DNA of 64,000 bases from the human T2T-CHM13v2.0 reference genome, Homo sapiens: assembly GCF_009914755.1 (NCBI RefSeq), contig NC_060935.1, one strand, 5' to 3'. The notes under the pieces were generated by a model that was given only the letters and a program-made list of their open reading frames with translations, was not told the origin of the DNA and did not search any database. Below, piece after piece: positions 1 to 20,650 of this stretch (its first letter is position 1; every line of letters starts with the position of its first letter). The translations under genes were made by a program, and so were the position numbers.

Positions 1-229
1 TTATTTATGTATCCTGTTTATTTTCTGTCTCCCAACAAAGACGTAGCTCCTTCTGGGTAGGGCATTTTGTTCATGCTCTCAGATGCCGCCTACCGCCTTA
101 GAGCAGGAAACAGCGGTCAGCGCCAGCTGTGAGGAGCACAGCATTGCGGCCAACACAGGAGGCACTGACCACGGGGCAGGCGCTATTTAAAAATCGTGGC
201 AAAGGATCAGACGTAACAGAACTCTTTTT

Positions 230-1640
230 GTTTTAATCATTTTTAAGTGTGCAGTTCAATGATGTTAGTTACATGCACAATATTGTGTAACCATCACCAT
301 TATTTCCAAAATCCTTTCTATCCGTCAGACAGAAACTCCGTCCCCATTAAACAGCAACTCTGCATTCCTCCGTCCCCCCAGCCTCTGGTCACGTGTCTCA
401 TCTACTTTCAGTCTCTACGGATTTGCCTGTTCTAATTATTTCATAGAAGTGGATTCATACAGTACGTGTCCTTCTGTGTCAGGTTCATGTCACTCAGCGT
501 GATGTGCCCAAGGTTCACCCATGCGTCGGGCTCTCATTCCTGAATCGCATTTCTCTGTACGGATAGACTGAGTTTTGTTTGTCTGTTCACCTGTTTAGGA
601 ACACTTGGTTGCTTCCACATTTTGACTGTTATGAATAACGCTACTAGCAAAGTGAACACGAGTGTGGTTTCAGTTCCTGTTTTCAATTCTTCCGCGTCTT
701 TTAAGAAAAAACAAACTGTTTTCAACAGTTGCATCATTTTACCGTCCCACCAGCAACATGGGAGGCTTCCCATCACTTGTTTTCTTCATGTTTGTTTTGT
801 TTAGTTGCATAATAATTGCCATCCTAGTGGAGGTAAGAAGGTATCTCACTGTTCTTTTCATTTGCATTTTTGTAATGACTAACGAGGTTGGGCAACTTTT
901 CACGTGCTTGTCAGTCATTCGCATCTTTTTTTTTTTTGAGAAATGTCTATTCAAGTCCTTTGCTCATTTTGAAATTGTGCTGTTTGGGTTTTGGTTGTTG
1001 ATTTGAAGGAGTCCTTTTTATATTACGTATATGAATCCTTACCAGATATATGATTCGCAAACATTTTCTCCCATTCTGTGGTGATCTCTTCAGCCCCTTG
1101 ATAGTGTCCTTTGATGCACAAAAGATTTTAATTTTGATGAAGTACAATTTATCTTTTTGTTGTTGTTGTCATTGCCCATGCTTTTGGTGTTATATCTAAG
1201 AATCCAAGGTCGGCCGGGCACGGTGGCTCACGCCTGTAATCGCAGCACTTTGGGAGGCCGAGGCAGGTGGATCACTTGAGGTCAGGAGTTTGAGACCAGC
1301 CTGGCCAACATGGTGAAACCCCATCTCTACTAAAAATACAAAAATTAGCCGGGCATGGTGGCAGGCGCCTGTAATCTCAGCTACTAGGTAGGCTGAGGCA
1401 GGAGCATCGCTTGAACACAGGAGGTGGAAGTTGCAGTGAGCCGGGATCGCGCCATTGCAATGCAGCCTGGGTAATGGAGCAAACTCCGTCTCAAAAAAAT
1501 AATAATAATAATCATCATCATCATCATCATCATCCAAGGTCATGAAGATTTCCCTACATTTTTTCCTAAGTGTTTTATGGTTTTAGTTCTTAAATGTCAG
1601 CCTTGGTCCATTTCCAGTTGATTTATGTGAAGGAGGAGGC
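230..1640 (-). mobile_element. Old L1 (L1M-type) 3' fragment interrupted by an Alu
   Basis: T-rich antisense L1 3' sequence; minus-strand ORF fragments such as IKIKIFCASKDTIK and MQMKRTVRYLLTSTRMA resemble the L1 ORF2 C-terminus. Confidence 0.8.
1212..1531 (+). mobile_element. AluS-type element with (AAT)n(CAT)n tail
   Basis: Full Alu dimer; TSD ATCCAAGGTC at 1202-1211 and 1532-1541. Confidence 0.95.
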
Positions 1641-4577
1641 CCCGCTCCACTCAGGCCCGACTCTTAGTGTTTTAATATCACCACTTTGAGATCACAACCA
1701 CCTTAGGGAGCAGGAACCGTCCATCCACAGACACAGAAACTCACCTAGAGTGTGTCCAGGGTCACAGAGTGACCAGTGAGTGGCAGAGCCAGGAGCTGGA
1801 CCAGCCACCCACTCAACAGGGTGCACAGGACCCCAGACCCCCAGGCTTTACCGCCTCTGGACACCAATGCACAAGAGAGTAAACCTGGGGAGTACCTTAG
1901 GCAGGTGGTCAGAGGCCTCGGGAGAGGAGACATTTGAGCAGAGAAGGGAGGTGGTGTGGCAGCCGTGTGGACCTGCTGTGGGTGTGTGCACCAGAGCTGT
2001 GCTGGTGAGCGAGGAGGAACTACCCAGGAGGGCACACTGGACCAGGGAGAGCCAGCCCGACGGGGGCCAGCTGCCTTTCCCAGCAGGCAGCGGTGTGACC
2101 CTCGGGGCAGGGGCTCGGTCCACTGTAGCACAGGGGATCGGGAGGCAGAGGGTCCCTGGGCCTGTAATGAGGAGGAGGCGGGACCCAGGTCCTGGTGGGC
2201 TCCCGAAGTGCAGCAGGAAGGGCCCTAGTGCTTCCATGTCACCACCCTGATGGCCTTGGCAGCTGGGAGAGCCCCCTGCCCTGCAGGGCAAGAGGGATTT
2301 TCCGCCCCAAGGGAGAGCGTCATATGCCCAGGAGGCAGTTCTGCCTCTGGCTCTTTGCTCCTCCCAGGCCTCCTGTCCTCTATGTCCTTGGAAGTAAAGG
2401 GGACAGGTCCTGGGGCTCCACAAAGATAGGCACCTCCTCTCATCCACCTAATGAGGCAAAAGAGGGGGTTCTGCCTCTGAGGCTGAGGGGCCCAGCCCCC
2501 TCTGGAAAGAGAGTCCCACTCATGCCCCTCCACCAGGCCCCACCAACAGGAGGCCCTGGCGGCAAGGCCCTGCCTCCCCAGTGAAGACCACCAGGGCCTG
2601 GGGGCCAGGGAGGGAGGCTGCCCCCGGCTGGTGAAGGGACACCCCACAGCCACCAGCGGCCACGATTAATCCACACTTGGGGACAGCTTTCGTTCTGAGC
2701 AGCTCAGCTCTGAGAGGGAATTGGATACAGGATGGATACCTTGCGGGCTCCTGTTCTCCGAGGGTGGCAAGGGTTGGTGGCATGATGACCCTGATAAGAC
2801 TTTACGGCCCCTGTTCTCCAGGGTGGGGCAGATCAATTGCTGTTCTCAAGGTCCTGCCAGGGGCCCTTCCTGAAGAAACAAGCAGAGGCTTTGATTTCCT
2901 GACCTATCTCGGGAAAACACTTGAGCTAATAATTAATCAGATTATGGATACACTGGCTTTTTTTGTCTTATTTTTTAAATTGTGGTAAAATTTATATAAC
3001 ATAAAATATACCATTTTAACCATTGCTAAGTGTGCATGAAGTACATTCACATCGTTCACCCATCACCATCGTCCCTCTCCAGAGCTTTCTCATCTTCCCA
3101 AACTGAGACTCTCTCCCCATTAAACACCCATTTCCCATCCCCTTCCCACAGCCCTGGCCCCTGCTGTTCTACTCTCTCTATGAGTCGGAGGCTCTAGGGG
3201 CCTCAGGTAAGTGCTAACACACAGCATTTGTCCTTCTGTGTCTGGCTTATTCAATGTCCTCAGGGCCGTCCATGTTGCAGCTGTGTCCAGGTTCCCTTCC
3301 GTGTTGAGGCCGTCTTACTTTTGAGACCAGTTTGAACCTTTCTTTCTTCGGCTGCTCTAGCAGGTTTCCTGGTACAGTGAGTGCCCAATGGAACGAGCAT
3401 TTGACCAGCAGCTTCATGGGGGAGGCGCTTTCTCTCTGGGTCTGTGTGGGGAAGGGAAAGACCTTCCTTAAGGAGCACTGGACGCCCAGCACCTGCCTTG
3501 GAGGACAGTTTGCTTTCGTGGAAGATTGGGCCACAGAGAGCATTGCTGTGGAAGGAGGCGTCAGAAGTGGGGCCAAGTGCACGTTGCCCTTCCACCTGCG
3601 GCCTTGGAGACAGGTCCAAGGTGTACGAGTTACGAAGGCCTTGGGCCGCATGAAACCGAAACCCACAGGAGAGTCGTTCTCCCAGAACAAAGCCCCGAGG
3701 TGGCCTCCCAGCTGCCAGAGTCATCTCCTCTCCTGGGCTCCTGGGCCTGGGCATTGCTCGTGGACCTCCAAGTTTTGTGTCCATGTCCAAGAGGACAAAG
3801 ACGGAGGGAGGCCAAGAGCCAACGGCCGTGGCAGCTCCACCCACCACCCAAGCCCACCCAGCAGGCTCCCTTTCCCCTCATTGCCCAGACTGTGTCCCAA
3901 GGTCACCTTCTGCAAAGTTTTATGGGGAAGCACTTTGCTGATCCACACACACAGGGTTCTGTCGGTAAGAAGAGGGGAAGATGGACCTCGGGTTGGCAGC
4001 AAGCAGGTCCTGCCACTTTTGGTTCCATTTGGGACCCCCAAAGGCTCTGGGGTGAATCGTCCCAGAAGGAGAGGTTGATGAGTTGATGAGGCGGGGTCTT
4101 CGGCGCCGCCCCCAAGAGGAGCGCAGAGGAGAGAGAGGGCTAGCATCGAGGAGAGAGGTGTGGGGGGTCAGAATGTTGGGGGCCCAGGGGAGAAGGACAG
4201 AGGAAGCGGATGACAGTGTAGTACCAAAGGGCTGTCGATGAGTGACAGGAACAGAGGGGGAATTTTCAGCTGCTGTCCGGAGTGTAGGACTCTGTGCAGA
4301 AGGGTACAAGCCTAAAGGGTTTCTTCGAGGAAAACTGTGCTCTGTGACATGGGTAGACCCTGGTACTGTCCCTTTGCGGAAGCGGAACACAGATCGCCAT
4401 TGTCTTTTGAACCGAACTGAAGATTTCTGGAAGCAGCTGTGGCCCCTGGGTCATGAGGCTGTTTAGATTTATATGGGTTCCATTGAGGATTCTCAGGGAT
4501 TTTGGACCTAAATTTGGTAACTGTTGCACCTCGAACTGAAATATCATCCCACCATTGAGCAGAAGGACAGCATCCCT

Positions 4578-7500
4578 AGCCTGGGCAACATAGGGAGACC
4601 TTGTCTCTAAATAAATAAATAAAAATTAACCAGATGTGTTGATGCATGCCTATAGTTCTAGCTACTTGGAAGGCTGAGTGGGAAGGATCCCTTGAGCCCA
4701 GGAGTTTGAGGTTGCAGTGAGCTAAGATCGCACCACTGCACTCTAGCCTGGGCGACAGAGTAAGACCTTGTCTCTAAAAAAAAAAAAAAAAGAAAGAAAA
4801 GAAAAAAACAAAGAAAAAAGAAAGAAAGATAATTCTTTGTATATTTTGGATAACAGTCCTTTATCAAATATGTGTTTTGCAAATATTTTATCCCAGTGTG
4901 TGGCTTGTCTCCTCATTCTCTTAATACTATCTATTCCAGGGCAGAAGTTGTACATTTTAATGAAGCCCACTTATCAATTTTTTCTTTTATGCACCATGCT
5001 TTGGTCTATCTTCTAAAAGTTTTGTTGTTTTGCACTTAACATTTGGGTCTATGATATAATTTGAGTTAAATTTTGTGAAACATTTAAAGTCTGTGTTTAG
5101 ATTTTTTTATTTGTTTTTCATGAGACTATCCAATTGTTCCAGCATCATTTGTTGAAAAGACTATCCTTTTCCTTTGAATTGGCTTTGCTCCTTTTTCACA
5201 GATCACTTGACTATATTTGTGTGTGCCAATTCTGGGCTCTGTATTCTGTTCCACTGATTTATCTGTACAGTCTTTTGCCAATATCACTATGCTGATTGCT
5301 GTAGCTTTACAGTAAGTCTTGAACCGAGCAGCGTCAGTCCTCTGACTTTGTTATTCTTCAGTATCATGTTGGTTATTCTGAGTCTTTTGCATTTCCATAT
5401 AAATCTTACAGGTTTTTTTTTGTTTTGTTCTGTTTGTTTTGTTTTGTTTTTAGAGGAAGGGTCTTGCTGTCACCCAGGCTGGAGTGCAATAGCATGACCT
5501 TGGCCTACAACAGCCTCAATCTCTAGGGCTCAAGCAATTCTCCCACCTCAGCCTCCCAAGTAGCTGGGGTTACAGGCATGCACTGGCACACCCAGTTAAA
5601 TTTTTATATTTTTGTAGAGATGGGGTCTCATTATATTGTCCAGTCTGGTCTCAAATTCTTGGCCTCAAACCATCCTCCTACCTCAGCCTCCCAAAGTGCT
5701 GAGATTACAAATGTGAGCCACCATACAATCAGTTTTTTGATATCTACAAAATAATTTGCTATGGTTTTGATTTTTATTACATTGAATCTGTAGATCGATT
5801 TGGGAAGAATTGGCATCCTAATAATATTGAGTCTTCCCATCCATGAACATGGAATATTTATTTAGAGCTTTGATTTCTTTCATCAGAGATTTGCAGTTTA
5901 TCATGTACATATTTTGTGAGATTTATACCTAAGTCAGGTTTTTGGTGCTAATATAAATGATAATTATGTTTTAATTTTCAAATTCCAGCTGTTCGTTGCT
6001 AGGCAAGCAAGTGACTTTTGCTTATTACCCCTGCTACCTGCAACCTTGCTATAATCACTTATTAGTTCCAGGAATGTTTTGTTCTTTGGAATTTTCTACA
6101 CAGACAATCATGTCCTGTGCAAGCAAAAATAGTTCATTTCTTCCTTCCCAATTTGCATACCCTCTTCTCCTTTTCTGGTCTTATTGCCAAGGCTAAGACT
6201 TCCAGCACAATGCTGAATAGGAGTGGTGAGAGGGGGCACCCTTGTCCTGTTCCCAGTCTTAAAGAGAAAGCATTCAGCTTCTCAACATTAAGTATGATAT
6301 TAGCTGTAGGTTTTTTTGTAGATGTTCTCTATCAAGTTGAGGAAGTTCCACTCTATTCCTGCCTTGCTAGAGTTGTTATCATAAATAGGTGTTGGGTTTT
6401 GTCAAATGCTTTTCCTTTATCTATTGATATGATCATGTTTTTTCTTCTTTAGCCCATTGATGTGATGAATTACATTAATTTACATGTGAGTGTTAAACCA
6501 GCCTTGAATGTCTGGAGTAAATCCCACTTGGTTGTGATGTATCATTCATTTTACACATGTTAGGTTTGGGTTGCTGACTTTTTGTAGAGGATTTTTATAT
6601 CTACATTCCTGAGAAATATTAGTGTGTTATTTTTCCTTGCTTGTAATGTCTTTGTCTAGTTTTGGTATTAAGGTATTACAACCTTCATTGAATGAGTTAG
6701 GAAGTGTTCCTACTGCCTCTATTTTCTGGAAAAGATTATAGGAAATTGTTATTTCTTCATTATGTTTTCAATATAATTCACCAGTAAAACCATCTGGGTC
6801 TAATGCTTTTTGGTTTGGAAGGTCATTAATTGTAGATTCAATGTCTTGTTTTTGTTTTTGTTTTGAGTCAGGATCTGGCTCTGTTGCCTGGGTTGGAGTG
6901 CAGTGGCATTATCATAGCTCACTGTAGCTTGAACTCCTGAGCTCAAGCAATCCTCCTGCCTCGGCCTCCTAAAGTGCTTGGATTACAGGTGTGAGGGCAG
7001 TGGCTGGAGGCCAAAAGTTTGAGAACAGCCTGGGCAATATAGCAAGACTCAGTCTCTATTTTTTAATAAAAATATTAATTTATATAAAAATACAAAATTT
7101 TATTTGTCATCTTTACCATTTTAAGTGTATAGCTCAGTGCTAATAAATATATTTACACATATATTATTTTCTCCTTCATCTCCATTCCCCTACTCTCTTT
7201 CCTGGCCTTTTTTATCTTTTAAAAGACAGAAGTCTTATTACCCTGCCAAAGATGGTCTTGAACTCTAGCAATCCTCCCACTTAAGCCTGTCCTGTAGCTA
7301 GGACTATGCCCAGTTTGGTTAAACGTATTTTTAATTCCTCTGACTTGTTTTTTGACCCATGTGTTATTTGCAAGTGTATTGTTTATTCCAAATATTGGGG
7401 GATTTTCTGATTGGGAAGCTCCTTCCATTCTTCCCAGTTTGCTTAGTGTTTTTAACCATGAAGAGGTGTTGGAAAATGTAGACTATTCTTTCTGTCTCTA

Positions 7501-7858
7501 TTGAGATGATCAAGCAGTTTTTGTCCTCTTAAGTATTACTATGATATGTTACATTAATTGATTTTTGGATGTTAAACCAACCTTGCACTCCTTAGAGAAA
7601 ACACACTTAGTCATGGTTTGTAATTGTTTTTATATGCTAATAGATTCTGTTTCTGAAGTAGTTTGTTAAGGATTTTTCATGCCTGTATTCATGAAGGATA
7701 TTGGTTTACAGTTTTCTTCTGATGAGTTTGCCTGGTTTTGGTATCAGTGTCACAGGCCTCAGAGAATGAGTTGGGAAGCATTCCCTTGAGAGCTTTTCTT
7801 TGTGGGAAAGTTTTTTTTCCCTGTAATTAGTAATTCAATCTCTTTACTTGTTATAATT
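4578..7858 (-). mobile_element. Old L1 ORF2 fragments interspersed with AluJ-type pieces (4578-4810 +, 5410-5722 -, 6848-7060)
   Basis: L1 ORF2 remnants such as [19 protein letters not shown]; antisense [14 protein letters not shown] signature typical of L1; Alu motifs. Confidence 0.8.
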
Positions 7859-8235
7859 TGTCTTAGTCTATTCTCACATTGCTGTAAAGACATACCTGAG
7901 ACAGGGTAATTTATAAAGAAAAGAGGTTTAACTAGCTCCTGGTTCTGTGGGCTGTACAGACTTTTGCTTCTGGGGAGGCCTCAGGAAACTTACAATCATG
8001 GCAGAAAGCAAAGGGGAAGCAGGCAAATATTCATGTGGCCAAAAGGACAGAGAGAGCAAAGTGGGACATGCTACACACTTTCAAACAACCAGATCTCATG
8101 AGAACTTACTCACTATTACAAGAACAGCAAGGACGAAATCCACCTTCATGATCCAATCACCTGCCACCAGGTCTCTCCCCCAACATTGGGAATTACAATT
8201 CAACATGAGATTTGGGTGGGGACACACAGCCAAAC
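7859..8235. mobile_element. MaLR LTR (MST/THE1-like)
   Basis: TGTCTTAGTC..CATTGCTGTAAAGACATACCTGAGAC..TAATTTATAAAGAAAAGAGGTTTAA..GAGATTTGGGTGGGGACACA, as in recalled MST consensus. Confidence 0.85.
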
Positions 8236-9128
8236 TGTTATCAGAAAGAGGTCTTGATCCAGACATCATGGTTCTTGGATCTCATGCAAGAAAGAATTTG
8301 AGTCAAATCCATAAAGAGTAAAGTGCCAGGCATGGTCGCTCACACCAGTAATCCCAGCACTTTGGGAGGTCCAAGGCAGGCAGATCACAAGGTCAAGAGT
8401 TCAAGGCCAGCCTGACCAACATGGTGAAACCCCGTCTCTACTAAAAATACAAAAATTAGCCAGGCATGGTGGTGCATGCCTGTAATTCCAGCTACTCAGG
8501 AGGCTGAGGCAGGAGAATTGCTTGAACCCAGGAGGCGGAGTTTGAAGTGAGCCGAGATCGTGCCACTGCACTCCGCCTGGCGACAGAACGAGACTCCGTG
8601 AAAAAAAAAAAAAAAAAAAAAGAGTAAAGTGAGAGCAAGTTTATTGAGAAAGTAAAGGAATAAAAGAATGGCTATTCTATAGGCAGAGCAGCCCCAAAGG
8701 CTGCTGGTTGCCCATTTTTATGGTTATTTCTTGATTATATGCTAAACGAGGAGTGGATTATTCATGAGTTTTCCAGGAAAGTGGTGGGCAATTCTCAGAA
8801 CTGAGGGTTCCTCCCCTTTTAGACCATATAGGGTAACTTCCTGACTTTGCCATGGCATTTATAAACTGTCATCGTGTTGGTGGGAGTGTCTTTTAGTGTG
8901 CTAATGTACTGTAACTAGAGTAATGAGCTGTGAGGATGACCAGAGGTCACTCTCATTGCCATCTTGGTTCTGGTGGTTTTGGGCCAGCTTCTTTACACCA
9001 TTATCAGCAAGGCCTTTATGACCTGTATCTTGTGTCAACCTCCTGTCTCATCCTGTGACTTAGAATGTCTACCCTCCTGGGAATGCAGCCCAGTAGGTCT
9101 CAGCCTTATTTTACCCAGCACCTCTCAT
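8236..9128 (-). mobile_element. MER41-type ERV1 LTR interrupted by an Alu (8325-8620)
   Basis: Matches recalled MER41 antisense sequence (TGTTA..GAAAGAGGTC..GATCCAGAC; GCAAGTTTATT.AGAAAGTAAAGGAATAAAAGAATGGCTA; GGCTGCTGGTTGCCCATTTTTATGGTTATTTCTTGA). Alu TSD AGAGTAAAGTG. Confidence 0.8.
8771..8800. promoter_or_regulatory. Tandem GAS (STAT) motifs in MER41-type LTR
   Basis: TTCCAGGAA at 8771-8779 and TTCTCAGAA at 8792-8800, both TTCN3GAA. Confidence 0.55.
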
Positions 9129-9740
9129 TTCCACATATTAACCCCCCCGTTCCACACACTCTCACATTTGGTCCCAGGGGTCTCGAACACCCCTGACGTC
9201 CAGCCTCTGCCCGCCAGCTGTTCAGGTCGGGTGGGGAGGCTGCAGTGCAGACCCCTGCCCGGCGTCTCCCTGGAGACTGCCTTCCCTCCCATATATGGTG
9301 CGTGCTGCTGGCTGTCCCCCCTGTTCCCTCTACCTGGAAGTCTTTCCTCACCCCTGCCTTCAGAGTCTAACCTCTCCCCAGGCCTCAGCTGAAGGCCTGG
9401 CTCTGAGCCAGCCACCTCCTTCACACAACCCACCTTGCTCTGAAGCTGCCTGCTCACAGCCATGCCCCGATGCCACACCCAGGGGTTCTTGGGGAACATT
9501 AATGGGATAAAGGAGTAAGAAAATCAAAGGTCACCAAACGGAGCCCTTAAAGGGCAATGCTCTGCGTGTGCCACGGTGCCCAACAGCATCTCGTGCCAGC
9601 TGAGCTGCGGTGTGTGGACCCGGGGAATGGACCGGGCTGGACAACCTCTAAGACTTGGCTCCAGCTCAGCCTGTGAAGGAATCACCTCTCTGATCCCCAC
9701 CTCTGCCCCGGAGTGCTAGACCCAGGGAGGAAGAGACCCC

Positions 9741-16477
<6,737 letters not shown>

Positions 16478-17731
16478 GGCTCTGGTGGCCAGAGCAGGGT
16501 GGAAGACCCTAGTCAAAGTCCCTGTGGAGAGAACGGCCCATTCCAAGGGCAGGAGGATATTGCTCTCGGCCTTTGGGAAACTTTTGAGCCGAGAGGCCGC
16601 AGACAGGCATGTGGGAGGCCCAGACACGGCACCCTGCCCCGTCCAGGACAGGCCCAGGACCTGCCCCTCTCTCCACACCTGGGGTACCCCTTCTCCCCCA
16701 GCCCCACCACTACTCCACCCACCTTCCTCTCCTGAGACCCTCCAGCCATTCCCCTTGAAAACACCCCCCGACCCCAAGCCACAATAATGACAGCGAGAGC
16801 TCCAATTAACTAAGCACCTACCTGGCGGCAGAATAACCCTTCACTGCCTGATCCCCATCTGCAGTGTGGCCCAACAGCCCCCAGAACTATGCCCACATAG
16901 ACTGGAGGTAGGCAGTTCACCGTCCCTCCCTGTTAGGAATGAGACCATCCCTGAGGCTATGGCCCAGGCCCACAGGCGTCCAGTGTCTGAGATCTTTGGG
17001 AAGGGAGACTAGGGCAGGTGGAGACAGCGCAGAACCCCCGTGCTGGGTGGGAAGCATGACCACATGGTGGGTGAGCAGCCCCCATGCACTGACGGTAAAT
17101 TCCCCTGTGGACTCATTTCTGTTGGTTTCTATTACACCTGGCCAGGCGTGGTACAATACAGGTCGGTGCTCACAATCTTTCCAGCATTCCACTTTCACAG
17201 GGCAGGATGGTGGCCCCCGGTTCCCCAGTGAGGAAAGTGAGTCTCAGGGGGCAGCCTGACTGCAGAAAGTGCTGCGACAGGGGCCCTGATGGACAGGACC
17301 CGCGGCAGACAGTCCTCGAATCCTGGAGTTTTCTCTGCTCAACCCTGCTGGGCTGCTGAGACTCCAGTCTGAGTGGGGAGGTGGGGGGAGACTCTGGATT
17401 CAGCCCCATCACTGCCCAGGGGAAATCCCCTACTATAATCCACTTTCTAACTCCATTTCTTCATTTCACAAAACACAAAAACCCCTGTCCTCCTAGAGCT
17501 GACATTCTAGGTAAGAAGACAAACACCTATATGATACACAGTGTAATACAATAAATATATATATGATACATACACAACACATATGTGATACACAACGCAA
17601 TAGCACAAGTACGTATATTATATGTATACGTGTGCCAGGTGTGGTGGCGCATGCCTGTGGTCCCAGATACTCAGGAGGCTGAGGCAAGAGTTCGAGGCTT
17701 GAGCTTAGGAGTTCGAGGATGCAGTGAGCTA

Positions 17732-17784
17732 TTAGGTTGGTTGGAAAGTAAGCAAAAACCGCAATTACTTTTGCACCAACCTAA
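17732..17784. mobile_element. MADE1 (Hsmar1 mariner MITE), internally deleted, inside an old Alu (17634-17850)
   Basis: TTAGGTTGGT...GCAAAAACCGCAATTACTTTTGCACCAACCTAA flanked by a TA duplication within the Alu GAGCTATGAT. Confidence 0.88.
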
Positions 17785-17903
17785 TATGATTTTGCCACCA
17801 CACTCTGGCCTGGGCCACAGAGAGAGACCCCATCGCTAATAAGTAATAAATAAATGTGTATCTGATACATAACTACACACCACAATCAATAGGCCTGTGA
17901 TGT

Positions 17904-18288
<385 letters not shown>

Positions 18289-18475
18289 TTAGGCAGAACC
18301 AGGGGCTGGTGGGAATGGATGGAGCGCAGGGTTTCCTGTTGCATGAAACGGGGGTCTGAGGAAGTCTAACTGACGACTGGGCATTTGAAAACCCGAAGGA
18401 GTGAGGGGGCAAGCCCCAAAGAGGTCTTGAGAAAAAGGGCTTCAGGCAATTATGCTGCCAGAGCAAGCCAGGCGG

Positions 18476-19090
18476 GGAGCTTGGAAAGCTCCAGAAGCAG
18501 CAAGGAAGCCAGGTAGCGACAGCGGAGTAGGGGAGGGGGAGGAGATGAGGTCAGGGAACCCAGGCAGGTGCAGGAAGGGGTTTGTGGGTGGAGCTTGCGT
18601 GCTTGGAAAGCTCCAGAAGCAGCAAGGAAGCCAGGTAGCCGCAGCGGAGTAGGGGATGGGGAGGAGATGAGGTCAGGGAACCCAGGCAGGTGCAGGAGGG
18701 GGTTTGCGGGTGGAGCTTGCGTGCTTGGAAAGTTCCAGAAGCAGCAAGGAAGCCAGGTAGCCGCAGCGGAGTAGGGGAGGGGGAGGAGATGAGGTCAGGG
18801 AACCCAGGAAGGTGCAGGAGGGGGTTTGCGGGTGGAGCTTGCGTGCTTGGAAAGTTCCAGAAGCAGCAAGGAAGCCAGATAGCCGCAGCGGAGTAGGGGA
18901 CGGGGAGGAGATGAGGTCAGGGAACCAAGGCAGGTGCAGGAGGGGGTTTGCGGGTGGAGCTTGCGTGCTTGGAAAGTTCCAGAAGCAGCAAGGAAGCCAG
19001 GTAGCCGCAGCGGAGTAGGGGAGGGGGAGGAGATGAGGTCAGGGAACCCAGGCAGTTGCAGGAGGGGGTTTGCGCCGGGTGGAGCTTGCG
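18476..19090. repeat. 122-bp VNTR, ~5 copies
   Basis: Purine-rich unit (CTTGGAAAGYTCCAGAAGCAGCAAGGAAGCCAGGTAGCCGCAGCGGAGTAGGGG...). ORF starts recur at 18568, 18690, 18812, 18934, 19056. Confidence 0.95.
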
Positions 19091-19699
19091 TGAGGAGCGC
19101 TTTTGGATCGTCCTCCGTGAGTTGGGCGCCATGGCTACCTTCTGGGCAGAGTGCAGGGCCTGCCTTAAATGTTGTGGGGGGTCTGTTCTCAACAAAGGCA
19201 TAAGTTGGGAGCGACTGAGCCACTCCAGGAGGAGGTGTGGGCCCACGGCGTGTTGGAGGTGGAGCCACAGGACCTGTCCATAGGTTGGATGCCGTGTGGG
19301 TGACAGAGAGAAACCGGGGCTCACGGCCTGGGCAGCGGGACGGGCGGAGTCGTCCTCACCTGTGCTGGGGACCCTGTGGGAGCAGCAGGCTTCCGAGCAC
19401 GTGCTGGACCCCGGCGTCTCCGGCTGCACCGAGTGGTCAGGACATTGAGGCCGGGTCAGGGAGCGTGAGATACCGGGACGAGCGGGCCCAGGGCTGAGCC
19501 CAGCGGCGTCCGGGTGGGCGGTGGCGTTGAGATGGGAATTGGGAATTGCACCGGTGGTCTCAGGAGGATGGAAAACCCAAGCAGCAGCTGCACCAGGACC
19601 GAGGCAAAGGGACCGCAGTTTAACAGAAAACCCAAAACGAGAGCGAGAAAACGGCCAAACACCCGTGCGAGTGAGACGTCCATGAGCCTTCCCGGCAAA

Positions 19700-20650
19700 A
19701 CGCCCAATAAGGGAGAAGGGGCAGGCGCGGCGGGGGCCGGGGTTCCCTGAAGTCCCCTTCGTTTCCAGAATCCCTAAAGATCATTCCGCCCCCCAGGGAG
19801 GAAACCCAAGCTCCGCCGAGCGCGGCGGGTCTGTGCCTTCGCTTCGCTTCCAGCCTCTCGCTTCCTTCTGACCCGACCCCGAGTTCTTTCTCCGGACGGT
19901 GTCGAGAACCCGGGCGCCGGCTGGGGCTGGAGTCTCGCTGGCCTCGGAGCGCCCCCGAGCCCTCGGGCGACAGCGAGGCGAGGACCCAGGTGGAGGCGGC
20001 CGGGGGCGCGGGCGGAGGGAGGAGGCGCGGGAGGGAACCCCCGGCCCGCGGGCCCCACCCGCAGCCGCCCCGGGACGCAGCTCGGGGTCCAGGCTCGAGC
20101 TTTGCTCACTCAGGGCGCTTCGTGCAGGGAACGCCAGGCCCCCGGACGCGACCCACGCGGCCGCTGCCAGCGGGGACCGAGGGGAGCCGGGGCCGCGGCC
20201 GCGAGTCCACGTCCCGCCCCCGGGCCCGGCCCAGCGACCGCCCCCGCCGCCCAGGGACCGCCCCCGCCTCCCAGCGACCGCCCGGGCCCTCGGGGCGGGG
20301 ACCGCGGACCTTCCTGGTGGCGCGGCAGCCGGGCGGCTCCTCCTTCCTCCCGGCCCTGGCGTGGAGCAGAGGGACACAGGTTCCCACGCTGGCGCCCGGC
20401 GACCGGGTGGGGCTGCGGTGAGTCCCAGAGGCCCCCGCCCCGCAGCTCCCGGCCGCCCCGGCCCGTCCCCCCAGCCCCCGGTCGCCCCATCCTCCCTCCC
20501 CCACCCGCGCCTGCCCCAGCCGCCTACACCCCCGAGACCCCCACCCGCCCGGCGCCCCGGCAGCCCCGGACTCCCTCCCCCATCCCGCCCAGCGCTCCCC
20601 CCACCCTCCACACACGCCCGCCCCCACGTGCCACCAACAGACGCAGGTCC
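19700..20650 (+). promoter_or_regulatory. CpG island promoter / non-coding exon 1 of PGGHG
   Basis: Very GC- and CpG-rich, GC boxes (GGGGCGGGG at 20292), splice donor GCG|GTGAGT at 20418. Confidence 0.8.

Noticed and set aside
3247-4547. Several 140-250-aa ORFs in a non-Alu, non-L1-looking segment upstream of NLRP6
   Set aside because: No recognisable protein similarity or splice structure. Origin unresolved; needs BLAST and RepeatMasker.
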